Below are positions 39,898 through 50,961 of a stretch of DNA of 64,000 nt, in pieces. Under the pieces are notes generated by a model. That model was not told the origin of the DNA. It saw only the letters and a list, made by a program, of their open reading frames with translations, and did not search any database. Location of the stretch: NCBI GenBank assembly GCA_027451865.1, contig DAIDHW010000001.1, positions 81,798 through 145,797 of the forward strand. Direction: 5' to 3'. The position numbers were made by a program, and so were the translations under genes. Each line of letters opens with the position of its first letter. Position 1 is the first letter of the stretch. This DNA is from Leptolyngbyaceae cyanobacterium clean351 (GTDB lineage Bacteria; Cyanobacteriota; Cyanobacteriia; DAIDHW01).

Positions 39898-40625
39898 CGG
39901 TGCAGGTAGTTAATAATGCGTCCGAAACTCTCAGGCTCTAAACTAGCTCCGCCCACTAGTACCCCATTGATCTCGGGCTGACCCATGATCTCATCGATGT
40001 TATCTGGCTTAACTGACCCGCCGTACTGAATACAGACCTGTTGATTGGCCAGTTGGCGGCGGATTAAAGCAACTACCCGGTTTGCCTCGACTGCTTCACA
40101 GGTATCACCTGTGCCAATTGCCCAAATGGGCTCGTAGGCAACTACCAAATTATTTTGGTCGATGCCCTCCAGGGCCACTTCAAGTTGATGAAGGATCACC
40201 GCCTCAGCCTCCCCTTGATCCCGCTGGTCCTTGGTTTCTCCAACGCAGAGGATAGGGGTGAGGCCACTAGCCTGGGCGGCTCGTAAGCGTCCATTGACAG
40301 TTTGGTCAGTCTCACCAAAGTATTGTCGTCGTTCACTGTGCCCGACAATTACGTAACGCACTCCCAGTTCCACTAACATGGGGGCAGATATCTCCCCAGT
40401 AAAAGCCCCCCCCTCTGCCCAGTGTAGGTTTTGTGCCCCCAGCAAAACTCGGCTACCGTGCAGGTGCTGACTGACTACCGCCAAGTCGGTAAAGGGTACG
40501 CATAGGACCACCCCCCGCTCAGGGGTATTCAGGTCTAAACAGGGGAGAAACCTTTGGCAAAATTCCCGGGCTTGGGCCTGGGTTTTATACATTTTCCAGT
40601 TGCCAGCTATCAGTATCTTGGGCAC
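39894..40625 (-). CDS. tpiA: Triosephosphate isomerase
   Basis: [38 protein letters not shown] start inferred. Confidence 0.97.
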   Translation of the reverse strand: MPKILIAGNWKMYKTQAQAREFCQRFLPCLDLNTPERGVVLCVPFTDLAVVSQHLHGSRVLLGAQNLHWAEGGAFTGEISAPMLVELGVRYVIVGHSERRQYFGETDQTVNGRLRAAQASGLTPILCVGETKDQRDQGEAEAVILHQLEVALEGIDQNNLVVAYEPIWAIGTGDTCEAVEANRVVALIRRQLANQQVCIQYGGSVKPDNIDEIMGQPEINGVLVGGASLEPESFGRIINYLHR

Positions 40626-40771
40626 AGTGAAAGGATATACAAGGACACTTAACAAGTTTAAGGTGTTTTGTCGGCTGCTTGAAGGGCAATTGCCTTGGGC
40701 CAATGGGGATTTAGTCAACTACAATAGATAATCACGCCTTATTCGAACCCTAATCCAAGTCTCGGTAAACC

Positions 40772-41488
40772 TTGGCACGCAAGCACCACCTCCCTGAGGA
40801 AATTTCCCCCCCCGATGATCCCTGGCAGCCCCAGATAGCTGCGGTGGCTGCGCGATTCAACCGGGAGTACCGGGGCGAGAAGATTGACCTGCCTGCGGAA
40901 GTTACTGACATGCCTATCCACGGGGAGTATCGGTCCGGGGCCCTCCAGAGCCGTCTAGTCTCCCCGTTTTGGGAGTTAGCACAACCCCAAAAAAACCAGC
41001 ACTGCCTTGACATCGGCTGTGGGGTCGGCTTCCTGGTCTACCCCTGGCGAGAGTGGGGAGCCTACTTCCACGGCCAGGAGGTGAGTAGTGTTGCCCAGGA
41101 ATGCTTACAGGCTCGCGGCCCGCAACTGAACTCTAAGTTGTTTAAGGGGGTAGTTCTGGGGCCAGCCCATCAACTCTCCCAAGCCCCCGCTAGCTTTGAC
41201 CTAGTGATTGCTACTGGCCTCAGCTGCTACTACCGGTGTGAGTACTGGCAGCTAGTTCTCGGGCAGGTTCAGCGTGTGCTCAAGCCGGGAGGATCTTTTG
41301 TGTTTGATATCCTGGATCCTACCCAGCCCCTAGCTGAAAACTGGGCTATTCTAGAGACTTACCTCGGCGCCGAAGTCTTCCTAGAACCCCTAGCCACCTG
41401 GGAGCAGGTAATTCAAGCCAGCGGGGGCAAAACTGCCGCGACCAAACCGGCGGAGCTATTTCGCTTGTACAAAGTCCACTTTAGTTAG
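40772..41488 (+). CDS. Class I SAM-dependent methyltransferase
   Basis: [26 protein letters not shown]. Confidence 0.88.
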   Translation: MARKHHLPEEISPPDDPWQPQIAAVAARFNREYRGEKIDLPAEVTDMPIHGEYRSGALQSRLVSPFWELAQPQKNQHCLDIGCGVGFLVYPWREWGAYFHGQEVSSVAQECLQARGPQLNSKLFKGVVLGPAHQLSQAPASFDLVIATGLSCYYRCEYWQLVLGQVQRVLKPGGSFVFDILDPTQPLAENWAILETYLGAEVFLEPLATWEQVIQASGGKTAATKPAELFRLYKVHFS

Positions 41489-41505
41489 TTAGCTTAGCCA
41501 CGCCC

Positions 41506-42672
41506 ATGAAACTGGCCGCCCGCATTAGTCAGGTTACTCCCTCCCTCACCTTAGCGATCTCTACCAAGGCCCAGGCCATGCGGGCTGAGGGTCTAGATGT
41601 GTGTAGCTTCAGTGCTGGAGAGCCTGACTTTGCTACTCCAGAGCATATCAAGAGGGCAGCCCAAGTGGCCCTAGACCAAGGTAAGACCCGTTACGGTCCG
41701 GCTGCCGGAGAGCCAAGGCTGCGCTCCGCTCTAGTAGCCAAGCTCCAGCGGGACAATAACCTTACCTATCATCCGGAGGAAGTCCTCGTGTCCAACGGCG
41801 GCAAGCACTCCCTATTTAACTTGATGTCTGCCCTGTTGGACCCTGGCGATGAGGTAATCATTCCTGCCCCCTACTGGGTAAGTTACCCAGAAATAGTCAA
41901 ACTAGCGGGGGGGACCCCAGTGGTAGTGCCCACCCAGGCCGCCCACGGGTATCGCATCACCCCCCAGCAACTACAAGAGGCCATCACTCCCCGGACTCGC
42001 CTGTTTGTGCTCAACTCCCCTGGGAATCCCACGGGGGCAGTGTACAGCTTGTCAGATTTAACGGCCCTAGCCCAGGTAGTGGTAGCGGCGGACATTCTGG
42101 TGGTGGCCGATGAGATCTACGAGAAGATCGTCTACGACAATGCTCAGCACATTAGCATCGGCTCCCTAAACCCAGAAATTTTCCACCGGACTATTGTCAG
42201 TAATGGGTTTGCTAAGGCCTACTCCATGACTGGCTGGCGGGTCGGTTACCTAGCCGGCCCCCTGGATCTGGTCAAAGCTGCCACCACCGTCCAAGGCCAC
42301 AGTACCTCCAACGTCTGCACCTTTGCTCAGTACGGAGCAATTGCAGCTCTTGAGGGCCCCCAAACCTGTGTTGAGCAGATGCGCAGCGCCTTCAGTGAGC
42401 GGCGGCAGGTGATGTTATCAGCCCTCAACGCCCTACCCGGGTTATCTTGTCCTCGGCCAGACGGAGCCTTTTACATGTTCTGCAGTATCGCCGCCACCGG
42501 CAAGAGTTCCCTAGAGTTCTGTGCTGACCTGTTAGAGTCACAACTAGTTGCCGCCGTCCCCGGCATTGCCTTTGGTGCTGATGATCATATTCGTTTGTCC
42601 TACGCCACGGATTTAGCGACGATTGAGAAGGGTATGGAGCGCTTGGGAGCCTTCCTGCGCAGCCGGTTCTGA
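41506..42672 (+). CDS. aspC: Aspartate aminotransferase (class I PLP-dependent)
   Basis: [31 protein letters not shown]. Confidence 0.93.
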   Translation: MKLAARISQVTPSLTLAISTKAQAMRAEGLDVCSFSAGEPDFATPEHIKRAAQVALDQGKTRYGPAAGEPRLRSALVAKLQRDNNLTYHPEEVLVSNGGKHSLFNLMSALLDPGDEVIIPAPYWVSYPEIVKLAGGTPVVVPTQAAHGYRITPQQLQEAITPRTRLFVLNSPGNPTGAVYSLSDLTALAQVVVAADILVVADEIYEKIVYDNAQHISIGSLNPEIFHRTIVSNGFAKAYSMTGWRVGYLAGPLDLVKAATTVQGHSTSNVCTFAQYGAIAALEGPQTCVEQMRSAFSERRQVMLSALNALPGLSCPRPDGAFYMFCSIAATGKSSLEFCADLLESQLVAAVPGIAFGADDHIRLSYATDLATIEKGMERLGAFLRSRF

Positions 42673-42675
42673 GCC

Positions 42676-43143
42676 ATGGCCTCCCCCTCCACCGGTTATA
42701 AAGTCCTGAGCGACAATCGTCAGGCCCGCTATCAGTACGAGATTTTAGAAACCTACGAAGCGGGGATTGAACTTAAAGGTACTGAGGTCAAGTCAGTTTC
42801 CCAGGGGAAGGTCAACCTCCGCGATGGTTACGGCCTGATTCGAGACGGGGAGATTTGGCTCATCAACGTCCACATCTCCCCTCACCAAAGTGCTGGGAGC
42901 TTCTTTAACCACGACCCGCGCCGTAATCGTAAATTACTTCTACACCGTCAGGAGATCAACAAACTAATTGGCAAGGTAGAACAGCAGGGTCTCACCCTGG
43001 TCCCCCTCCAGATGTACATGAAAAATGGTCGGGTTAAGGTTTCCCTAGCTCTGGGTCGAGGGAAAAAACTCCACGACAAACGAGAGGACCTCAAGCGCCG
43101 ACAGGACCAGCGGGAGATCAACCGGGCCATGAAAACCTACTAA
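42676..43143 (+). CDS. smpB: SsrA-binding protein
   Basis: NRQARYQY, EAGIEL.GTEVKS, RKLLLH, GKKLHDKR. Confidence 0.98.
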   Translation: MASPSTGYKVLSDNRQARYQYEILETYEAGIELKGTEVKSVSQGKVNLRDGYGLIRDGEIWLINVHISPHQSAGSFFNHDPRRNRKLLLHRQEINKLIGKVEQQGLTLVPLQMYMKNGRVKVSLALGRGKKLHDKREDLKRRQDQREINRAMKTY

Positions 43144-43151
43144 ACACTACC

Positions 43152-43628
43152 ATGGGTGCACTAGGCAGAAAACTGTTACTGAACCTGGGGGTAGCCCTGA
43201 CCCTCGGGGTGCTGGGGGCAAACTTGGCAGGAGCAGCGCCCCCGCCGACGGGGGTAGCCAAGCTTACCCCCGAGGCTATCCGTCAACTACCTAACTGGGT
43301 AAACCTAGACCAGGAAAATATTGGCGGGGAGTTAGTTCAGGTGCGCTGGTCTCCTCGTCGCACCCAAGTGATCGAGCCCGGCAAGCTCTACGACGTGGTG
43401 CTCGAAACCAAACTGGCCCCTGGTCCCCAGGAACCAGCTGGAGTCAAGAGCCGGGCGGTATGGCGGCTTGACTGTCCGAGCCAAACCGTCAGCCTTCAGC
43501 AAGTGCAAGTCTACGAGCACCACGGTTGGAGTTTTCTCCAGGACTACAAGCCAGGTCCCTTCATGACCCCAGTTGACCCCCAGGATCCAAGTGCCCTGGT
43601 GCTCCAGGCGGTGTGCGGCGGGGGTTAG
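43152..43628 (+). CDS. Hypothetical exported protein
   Basis: Signal peptide ending AGA; two Cys (LDC...AVC) suggest a disulfide. Confidence 0.65.
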   Translation: MGALGRKLLLNLGVALTLGVLGANLAGAAPPPTGVAKLTPEAIRQLPNWVNLDQENIGGELVQVRWSPRRTQVIEPGKLYDVVLETKLAPGPQEPAGVKSRAVWRLDCPSQTVSLQQVQVYEHHGWSFLQDYKPGPFMTPVDPQDPSALVLQAVCGGG

Positions 43629-44110
43629 GAGAGAGCCTGGACGAGGTAATCAAAGTAGGGGGCAGCTTGGGCCCCTTCCTCGGCGCTGAGCAGTTCCAGG
43701 GAAGCATTTTTGAGACACCGTACGGCTTCGGCCATACCCGGCACGGGCACTCCTAAGGAGTTGTACATTTCCCGGGCCCCGATCACCCCAATGGTCTCAA
43801 TGGGGGTAGTGTCCCCTGCTAGTAAACCGTAGGTAATAAGACGCAAATACCAGCCGTAGTCGCGCAAGCACAAAGCCCGCTGCCTTTCGCCTGCAGCATT
43901 CCCCCCTGGGGCAATAAAATCTGGCCGCTGACGCCAAAGTTGTCGACTAGCTTCCTGGACGATTTTGCGCTCATTTTCCGCCAGGCGGGTGGCCACCTGG
44001 ACCCGTTGGAGGCCGGTCTGGAAAAAATCTTGAATCAAACTCAACTCACCGGTGCTGGGGTAGCGCAACTCATCGTCGGCTCTCAGGATCACTTGGCTAA
44101 CTACACTCAT
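43625..44110 (-). CDS. apcD: Allophycocyanin alpha-B subunit
   Basis: [48 protein letters not shown]. Confidence 0.95.
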   Translation of the reverse strand: MSVVSQVILRADDELRYPSTGELSLIQDFFQTGLQRVQVATRLAENERKIVQEASRQLWRQRPDFIAPGGNAAGERQRALCLRDYGWYLRLITYGLLAGDTTPIETIGVIGAREMYNSLGVPVPGMAEAVRCLKNASLELLSAEEGAQAAPYFDYLVQALS

Positions 44111-44208
44111 GGTATTGCGGGGGTGTTACAAGAGTTTTCACTATCACCTATACAGTTTATCTCCGTAACCTGTCACAAGGATCAGGGGAAATTGCCAAAT
44201 TCCCCCTG

Positions 44209-44318
44209 GGCGATCCCAGGTTGAAGTATAGTGAAGGCCCTGCTGGGGAAGGTAGGCGGCTAGGCTAGCTGGCCTGAAAGTGGCGATCCCAAGTTGAAGT
44301 ATAGTGAAGACCCTGCTG
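44209..44318. repeat. Two 37-bp direct repeats separated by 36 bp
   Basis: GGCGATCCCA(G/A)GTTGAAGTATAGTGAAG(G/A)CCCTGCTG at 44209-44245 and 44282-44318 (2 mismatches). Confidence 0.92.
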
Positions 44319-44346
44319 AATACAAGTCATCCCTAGTTTACTGACC

Positions 44347-44727
44347 ATGGATTGGATTGAAATTAAAGCCTTGCACTGTTACGGATACACTGGTCTATTG
44401 CCTGAGGAGCAAGTCCTAGGCCAGTGGTTTGCGGTAGACCTGGCCCTAGAGGTGGATCTGCGCCTAGCAGGTCGTAGTGACCACCTTGAGGACACCCTAG
44501 ACTACCGGGGGGTGATTCAGGACGTCCGCTCCCTGGTAGGGTCAGCTCGCTTCGCTCTAATTGAACGTCTAGCAGCAGCGATTGCCGAGGGGGTTTTAGC
44601 CCAAGGGGTGGTGAGGCAGGTGAGGGTCCGGCTGACTAAACTCGCCCCCCCCATCCCTGACTTTGGGGGTCAGATTACAATAGAAATCTGTCGCCACCAA
44701 TTGCACGAGGAATTATCACCCCCATGA
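44347..44727 (+). CDS. folB: Dihydroneopterin aldolase
   Basis: YGYTG.LPEE..LGQWF.VD, SD.L.DTLDY, LIERLA, KLAPP. Confidence 0.95.
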   Translation: MDWIEIKALHCYGYTGLLPEEQVLGQWFAVDLALEVDLRLAGRSDHLEDTLDYRGVIQDVRSLVGSARFALIERLAAAIAEGVLAQGVVRQVRVRLTKLAPPIPDFGGQITIEICRHQLHEELSPP

Positions 44728-46139
44728 GCCAGGGCACCCTATTTGACAAGGTTTGGGATCTGCACACTGTTGCCACCCTTCCCTCCGGTCAAACTCAGCT
44801 TTTCATTGGTCTACATCTGATCCACGAGGTGACTAGCCCCCAGGCCTTTGCTATGCTCCGGGAGCGGGGCCTGAGCGTGCCCTTTCCTAGTCGGACGGTC
44901 GCCACCGTAGACCACATCATCCCCACGGACAACCAGGCTCGCCCCTTTGCAGATCAGTTGGCAGAGGAGATGATTCAGGCTCTGGAGCGCAATTGCCAAG
45001 ACTTCGGAATTCAGTTTTACCAAGTAGGAAGTGGTCGGCAGGGGATTGTCCACGTGATCGCTCCAGAACTCGGGTTAACCCAACCAGGCATGACCATTGC
45101 CTGCGGAGACAGTCATACTTCCACCCACGGGGCCTTTGGAGCCATTGCCTTCGGGATTGGTACTAGTCAGGTCCGGGATGTGCTTGCTTCCCAAACCCTA
45201 GCCCTACCCAAATTAAAGGTGCGGCGGGTGGAAGTTAACGGGTCTTTGCCCCCTGGGGTTTACGCCAAGGATGTAATCCTGCACGTCATCCGGCACCTGG
45301 GAGTACAGGGCGGAGTCGGCTACGCCTACGAGTTCGGCGGCAGTACCCTAGCGGCTATGGGTATGGAGGAGCGGATGACCATCTGCAACATGGCTATTGA
45401 GGGAGGCGCCCGTTGTGGCTACGTTAACCCCGATGCGACAACTTTTACCTACCTGCAGGGCCGAGAATTTGCCCCCCGGGGAAAGGCTTGGGATGAAGCA
45501 CTAGCTTGGTGGAGCAGCATTGCCAGTGATGAAGATGCTGTGTACGACGACCGAGTAGTTTTCGCCGCTGAGAACATTCCTCCTACTATCACTTGGGGCA
45601 TCACCCCGGGCCAGGGGATCGGCGTTGATGAAGTAGTTCCAGTCCTAGAGAACCTCCCGCCCGCGGACCAGCCGATCGCTCAGGAGGCTTACCGTTACAT
45701 GCAACTAAGCCCGGGCCAGCCGATTCAGGGCACTCGGGTTGATGTATGCTTTGTCGGCAGCTGCACCAACGGCCGCCTTTCTGACCTGCGGGAGGCTGCT
45801 CGGGTAGCTCAGGGGCGGCGGGTGGCCACCGGGGTAAAAGCTTTTATTGTCCCTGGCTCGGAACAGGTTAAGCACCAGGCAGAGGCGGAGGGGCTAGACC
45901 AGGTATTTCTAGCTGCTGGCTTCGAGTGGCGTCAGGCTGGGTGTTCTCTGTGTTTGGCTATGAATCCCGACCAACTCCAGGGGGATCAGATCAGCGCCTC
46001 CTCCTCCAATCGTAACTTTAAGGGCCGGCAGGGCTCCTCTACCGGCCGCACCCTCCTGATGAGCCCTGCTATGGTGGTGGCAGCAGCAGTAACTGGTCAA
46101 GTGACGGATGTGCGCAAACTGCTAGGAATGACCAACTAG
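44724..46139 (+). CDS. leuC: 3-isopropylmalate dehydratase large subunit
   Basis: [41 protein letters not shown]. Confidence 0.97.
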   Translation: MSQGTLFDKVWDLHTVATLPSGQTQLFIGLHLIHEVTSPQAFAMLRERGLSVPFPSRTVATVDHIIPTDNQARPFADQLAEEMIQALERNCQDFGIQFYQVGSGRQGIVHVIAPELGLTQPGMTIACGDSHTSTHGAFGAIAFGIGTSQVRDVLASQTLALPKLKVRRVEVNGSLPPGVYAKDVILHVIRHLGVQGGVGYAYEFGGSTLAAMGMEERMTICNMAIEGGARCGYVNPDATTFTYLQGREFAPRGKAWDEALAWWSSIASDEDAVYDDRVVFAAENIPPTITWGITPGQGIGVDEVVPVLENLPPADQPIAQEAYRYMQLSPGQPIQGTRVDVCFVGSCTNGRLSDLREAARVAQGRRVATGVKAFIVPGSEQVKHQAEAEGLDQVFLAAGFEWRQAGCSLCLAMNPDQLQGDQISASSSNRNFKGRQGSSTGRTLLMSPAMVVAAAVTGQVTDVRKLLGMTN

Positions 46140-47131
46140 CCATGGCGCTTTTGGTGCCAGGCCCAGGCGTGCTCTAGTATTTGCTCGAGTTGCGGATACT
46201 GGGGCACCCAGCCTAGGACTGACTGGGCTTTAGCACTGCTCCCCACCAGGATCGGTGGGTCCCCGGGCCGCCGGGGAGCTGGGGAGGTGGGGATAATCCG
46301 GCCACTAACCTGGGCGGCCGTGTCGATTACCTGGCGCACCGAGAAGCCCTGACCATTACCTAGATTGAAGGCTGTCGACTTGCCACCCCCAAGCAGGTAT
46401 TCCAAGCCTAGGATGTGGGCTGCGGCGAGGTCCGCCACGTGGATATAATCCCGGATACAGGTGCCGTCCGGGGTAGGATAGTCTTCGCCAAAGATTTTCA
46501 CCCCCGGTAACTTGCCTAGAGCACTCAACAAGACTAGGGGAATTAGATGAGTCTCGGGGTTGTGGTCCTCCCCTAGGCGGCCGGCCGGGTCGGCACCGGC
46601 GGCGTTGAAGTAACGGAAGATTACTGTCTCCAGACCGTAGGCAGCCGCATAGTCTAGCATGGCTCGTTCCACCATCAGCTTACCGGCACCGTAGGGATTG
46701 ATAGGGACTTGGGAGTGCTCCTCCGGAATCGGCAGGGTCTGGGGCAGGCCATAGGTAGCACAGGTGGAGGAAAAGACAAAGTGCTCAACCCCAGCTGTGT
46801 AGGCCGCATCTAGGAGGTTCAGACTACCAATAACGTTGTTGCGGTAGTACTTGGCCGGGTCCTGGACCGATTCGCCGACGTAGGTGAAGGCAGCGAAGTG
46901 CATCACTGCCCCTGGGGCTTGGTCGGTAAATAACTGCTGTAGTAAGGACCGGTCCTGCATGTCTCCTACTATCAAGGGCACCCGCAAAACCGACTCCACT
47001 AGGTCTCGGTGGCCGTAGGATAGGTTATCAAGGATGACTACCGAGTAGCCTCGCTCCTGCAGGGCTAACACCACGTGGGAGCCAATGTAACCTGCTCCCC
47101 CTGTTACCAAAACCTTGCATTCCTTGGCCAT
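46136..47131 (-). CDS. galE: UDP-glucose 4-epimerase
   Basis: [19 protein letters not shown], Yxxx[20 protein letters not shown]. Confidence 0.96.
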   Translation of the reverse strand: MAKECKVLVTGGAGYIGSHVVLALQERGYSVVILDNLSYGHRDLVESVLRVPLIVGDMQDRSLLQQLFTDQAPGAVMHFAAFTYVGESVQDPAKYYRNNVIGSLNLLDAAYTAGVEHFVFSSTCATYGLPQTLPIPEEHSQVPINPYGAGKLMVERAMLDYAAAYGLETVIFRYFNAAGADPAGRLGEDHNPETHLIPLVLLSALGKLPGVKIFGEDYPTPDGTCIRDYIHVADLAAAHILGLEYLLGGGKSTAFNLGNGQGFSVRQVIDTAAQVSGRIIPTSPAPRRPGDPPILVGSSAKAQSVLGWVPQYPQLEQILEHAWAWHQKRHG

Positions 47132-47225
47132 GAGTGAAGTTGTCTAGAATTAGGGAATTAAATTAGGTTAGCAGGAGACTAGGCTTAGGGGTCTATTGGA
47201 GGGAGAATAATTGTTAGGTCAACTT

Positions 47226-47308
47226 GGGGGCATGGCGGAATGGTAGACGCTGCGGACTTAAAATCCGCTGGTAGTAATACCGTGTGGGTTCGAGTCCCAC
47301 TGCCCCCA
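47226..47308 (+). tRNA. trnL: tRNA-Leu(UAA), intron-less, CCA not encoded
   Basis: Acceptor GGGGGCA/TGCCCCC+A; D-loop GGAATGGTAGAC; anticodon arm GCGGA-CTTAAAA-TCCGC; long variable arm; GTGGG-TTCGAGT-CCCAC. Confidence 0.97.
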
Positions 47309-47327
47309 CTGTACTCTTGGATAGGGC

Positions 47328-48032
47328 ATGATCAACATCAAGCTGTTTGCGGACGGGGCTAACCTGGACGATATGCTGGCGGCTTACCGGGAAGGGATAG
47401 TGCAGGGGTTTACTACTAATCCCACCCTGATGCGCCGAGCCGGGATCACGGATTACGAAACCTTTGCCCGCCAGGTAGTCACTCTAATCCCAGACCGCTG
47501 TTTGTCCTTTGAGGTATTTGCCGATGATTTTACCCTTATGTATCGGCAGGCTAAGCGTATTAGTACTTGGGGTGAGCAGGTTTACGTAAAAATTCCCGTC
47601 ACCAACACCCGGGGGGAAACCGCAACCCCCCTGATTCGCCAGTTAGCCCAGGAAGGAGTGAAGTTGAATATTACGGCTGTGCTCACCCTGGAGCAAGTGA
47701 GGGCTGTTGACCAAGTCCTCTCCCCGCAGGTGCCGGCTATTGTGTCCGTGTTCGCCGGTCGAATTGCTGACACCGGTCGGGATCCAATGCCAGTCATGGG
47801 CAAGGCGGCTCAAATCCTTAAGGCTAATTCCCGGGCTGAACTGTTGTGGGCTTCCACGCGGGAGGTACTCAATATCTATCAGGCTCAGGAGTGCGGTTGT
47901 GAGATTATCACCGCCAGTAAGGACCTGATCGCCAAGTTGGCCCTGCGTGGCAAGGACCTAACGGACCTATCCCGGGAAACAGTGCAGATGTTTTATGAGG
48001 ATGCCCGCCAGTCGGGGTTCACCCTCCCCTAG
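47328..48032 (+). CDS. Transaldolase family protein (short type)
   Basis: FADGA, GFTTNPTLM, SFEV, VKIP (Schiff-base Lys), SVFAGRIADTG, LLWAS.RE. Confidence 0.9.
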   Translation: MINIKLFADGANLDDMLAAYREGIVQGFTTNPTLMRRAGITDYETFARQVVTLIPDRCLSFEVFADDFTLMYRQAKRISTWGEQVYVKIPVTNTRGETATPLIRQLAQEGVKLNITAVLTLEQVRAVDQVLSPQVPAIVSVFAGRIADTGRDPMPVMGKAAQILKANSRAELLWASTREVLNIYQAQECGCEIITASKDLIAKLALRGKDLTDLSRETVQMFYEDARQSGFTLP

Positions 48033-48102
48033 AGGGGAATATATTTTATGTCCGTAATTAATTTAGGTTAGCCTGAAAGGTAGATACTCCCCCCTCTTCC
48101 CT

Positions 48103-49671
48103 ATGCCTGCCCTAACTGCTGACCCCAAGGCTCAGGTGAGCCTGCGCACCTGGATCGGTGTTTTAGCCACTCTCCTGGGGGGGTTTATGGCCATTCTGGA
48201 CATCCAGATCGTCAACGCCTCCCTCGACGATATTACCGGTGCCCTAGGCGCAAGCTTAGACGAGGGCTCCTGGGTTTCCACTGCCTACCTGATGGCGGAA
48301 ATTGTCGTCATCCCCCTGACTGGGTGGCTGTCCCAGGTAGTCTCCCTGCGGCGCTATCTGCTGGTAAATACTGCCTTGTTTCTGGTTTTTTCCATTGCCT
48401 GTGGGTTGGCCCATAGCCTCGGGGAAATGATTGCCTTTCGGGCAGTCCAGGGGTTCACCGGTGGGGTGCTGATTCCGACCTCCTTTACGGTAGTTAGCAC
48501 ATTGCTGCCCCCGGCCAAGCGGCCGATCGGCTTTGCCTTGTTCGCCATCTCCGCTACCCTTGCTCCTTCCCTTGGCCCCACCGTGGGGGGGTGGCTAACG
48601 GATAACTACGGTTGGGAATACATCTTCTTCTTGAATGTGGTGCCGGGCTTGCTGTTGATGGCCGGAGTATTGTACGGACTACCTGTTAGCCCCCCCCGCC
48701 CCGATCTATTCAAAAACGGAGACTGGGCGGGCATCCTCACCATGGCCGTGGGTCTGTCTTCCCTAGAATTTGTCCTAGAGGAGGGGAACCGCAAGGATTG
48801 GTTTGGGTCGGCCCAGATCCAACATGCCGCCCTGACATCGGCAATTTTTTTGCCGATTTTCCTGATCATCCAGTTGCAGCGCTCTCGGCCCCTCCTTAAC
48901 TTGCGTTTGTTGGGACGGCGTAATTTCGGGCTGGCGGTTTTAGAAGCCTTTGGGATTGGTTTTGGCCTTTACGGCTCCACTTTTATTTTGCCTTTGTACT
49001 TGGCGGAGGTGCAAGGCTACGACGCCATGCAGATCGGTCTGACAATCATGTGGGCAGGAGTCCCACAGCTGTTTATCACTCCCTTTATCCCTCGCCTGAT
49101 GAGTCACTTTGACCTGCGGCTTTTGGTGGCTGCCGGCTTTGCCTTATTTTCCATCAGTGCCTTTATGAATACCACGATGACCGAGTACACCGGGGTAGTC
49201 GAGTTGATCCCTGCCCAACTAGTGCGGGCTATGGGCCAGCCCCTGATCTTGACTCCCCTCTCCTCTTTTGCCACCGCTGGGATTGAACCACAACAAATTG
49301 GTTCTGCCTCCTCCCTGTACAACATGGCGCGCAATCTGGGGGGGGCTGTAGGCATCTCGGTATTGGATACCCTCGAGTCAGTCCGGGAGCGGTTTCACTC
49401 AGCACGGCTGATGGACGCAGTTTCCCTATTTAACCCCAACACCCAGGAGCGGATTCATCAGCTAAATAATTTTTTAACTAGTCACAGCACCCTGGCCAGC
49501 CCGATTCAATCCCAAGTCTACGCCCTAATCGACAATACCGTGCGCCGCCAATCCACCATCATGGCCTACAACGACTGCTTTTTTGTCATGGGCTGTGTAC
49601 TATTTGGCTGCGCTTTCCTGTCCTTGTTCTTGACTAAGGTAAAACCTGGGGCGGGAGGCCCAGTCCATTAA
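48103..49671 (+). CDS. DHA2 family MFS efflux transporter (EmrB/QacA)
   Basis: FMAILDIQIVN, WVSTAYL.AE, GPTVGGWLTD, RNLGGA. Confidence 0.93.
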   Translation: MPALTADPKAQVSLRTWIGVLATLLGGFMAILDIQIVNASLDDITGALGASLDEGSWVSTAYLMAEIVVIPLTGWLSQVVSLRRYLLVNTALFLVFSIACGLAHSLGEMIAFRAVQGFTGGVLIPTSFTVVSTLLPPAKRPIGFALFAISATLAPSLGPTVGGWLTDNYGWEYIFFLNVVPGLLLMAGVLYGLPVSPPRPDLFKNGDWAGILTMAVGLSSLEFVLEEGNRKDWFGSAQIQHAALTSAIFLPIFLIIQLQRSRPLLNLRLLGRRNFGLAVLEAFGIGFGLYGSTFILPLYLAEVQGYDAMQIGLTIMWAGVPQLFITPFIPRLMSHFDLRLLVAAGFALFSISAFMNTTMTEYTGVVELIPAQLVRAMGQPLILTPLSSFATAGIEPQQIGSASSLYNMARNLGGAVGISVLDTLESVRERFHSARLMDAVSLFNPNTQERIHQLNNFLTSHSTLASPIQSQVYALIDNTVRRQSTIMAYNDCFFVMGCVLFGCAFLSLFLTKVKPGAGGPVH

Positions 49672-50939
49672 GGAGTTGGGGTCGGTAGGGTTTCGATCCT
49701 CAGAGCTTGAGGGGGAGTACAGTCAGCAGGGTAGACAAAGTCGACTTGGACCAAGTTTCGCCCCCCTGGGGGTAGGAGCAATCGGGCAAGGGGAGGGGAG
49801 GCTTCCCCCAGGTGCTCCACCAGGTGGTAGTAGTGGGTTTCCGGTTGACCTTGGTTATTGTTGTCAAGGATGCGGACAGTGCCGCGCCAGAAGACGGGGG
49901 AGCCGGGGGGGCTCAAGAAAGTGCCGTTTTTCTGGGGGGTCTGGAGACTGATGGTTACGGTTTGAGCCTCGGAGGTGGGATTGTGCAGGGGAATAGTCAG
50001 GCTATATTCGACCCCGTAGTTACCGTTACCCAGGTAGGCGGTATCCCCGTAGCGCACCTCAGTCGGGGCACTTTGGATCTGGCCTGTGCCTAAGGTCGCC
50101 CCCGGCAGGCTACTAATGGGATAGAGCAGACTCTCCCCAGGACTGGGAATAGTCAGGCTAAAAGCCTGGGGACGGTCGGTGATCTCAGCCTGCCAGCGGT
50201 CGCCCTGGGTCACCCCCGCCACCCGTCCGTACACTACTGGTCCCTTAGTCTGATTGGGGGGAGTAGGAGCCAGGTCCCGGGGAGTTACTAACCCGTCCTG
50301 GTCCAAGACCTGCTCCCACTGGGCTAAAGTGGGGGCTGCTTGACTGTATAAGGCCAGACTAGCTAGGTAAAGGGGGCCATTACTGCGCAACCGTAGCAGG
50401 GCGGAGCGGGCATTAGCAGTCGAATTTGGTGAGTCTACAGGGACAGGTAAATTTACAAGCATCCTTGTCCCGTAAGGGGGGATGACCAGCAGGGCAGGCC
50501 ACTGGGCTTGCCGCCGGCCGCGTAAAATTTCATCTGCTACCCGGTCCCCTGGGCCGGCGTAAACCTTGCCCATGGGGTTGGATACCCGGGGAGGCAGGGA
50601 AATAAAAGGTGCCTCTGGTTGGGTGAGATAGCTAGCACCCTGGAGGATAGCTAAAGTAATCGGCTGAGCAGTAGGATTGGCTACAATTACCCCCAGGTAA
50701 AGGGTGCGTCCCCCTGGGATGGCCCTAGTGACGTGGTGCAAAAACAGGTCGAAGCGACCTTGGAGGGGATAGTTAAGATGAGCAGCCGGCACCGCCTTAC
50801 CCACGGGAGGAAAGGTAGACAGGAGAATCCCATCTCCCTGAACTAGTTCGGGGCTATTACTGTTGAACACCGGCGTGCGGTTGAGGTGGCCAGGCAGAGG
50901 GCGAAACTGCACCCAGGGAACGGGAGAAACAGGGATCAT
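49668..50939 (-). CDS. DUF3370 family protein
   Basis: RPLPG.L...PVFNSNSPE, GILLSTFP, GNYGVEY, YPAD.TPPQ. Confidence 0.85.
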   Translation of the reverse strand: MIPVSPVPWVQFRPLPGHLNRTPVFNSNSPELVQGDGILLSTFPPVGKAVPAAHLNYPLQGRFDLFLHHVTRAIPGGRTLYLGVIVANPTAQPITLAILQGASYLTQPEAPFISLPPRVSNPMGKVYAGPGDRVADEILRGRRQAQWPALLVIPPYGTRMLVNLPVPVDSPNSTANARSALLRLRSNGPLYLASLALYSQAAPTLAQWEQVLDQDGLVTPRDLAPTPPNQTKGPVVYGRVAGVTQGDRWQAEITDRPQAFSLTIPSPGESLLYPISSLPGATLGTGQIQSAPTEVRYGDTAYLGNGNYGVEYSLTIPLHNPTSEAQTVTISLQTPQKNGTFLSPPGSPVFWRGTVRILDNNNQGQPETHYYHLVEHLGEASPPLARLLLPPGGRNLVQVDFVYPADCTPPQALRIETLPTPTP

Positions 50940-50961
50940 GGCAGTTAGTATATGAGAATTA

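Noticed and set aside
43625..44110. Far-red-type ApcD variant (GGNAAG instead of GGNAY/FG)
   Set aside because: The chromophore Cys (RALCLRD) is retained and no FaRLiP/LoLiP cluster is adjacent; it looks like ordinary ApcD
44209..44318. Calling the 37-bp repeat pair a CRISPR array
   Set aside because: Only two copies, no palindromic stem or canonical 3' end, and no cas genes in the window; kept as an unexplained repeat
47226..49700. Prophage or genomic island integrated at tRNA-Leu
   Set aside because: No integrase, no duplicated tRNA 3' end and no phage genes seen
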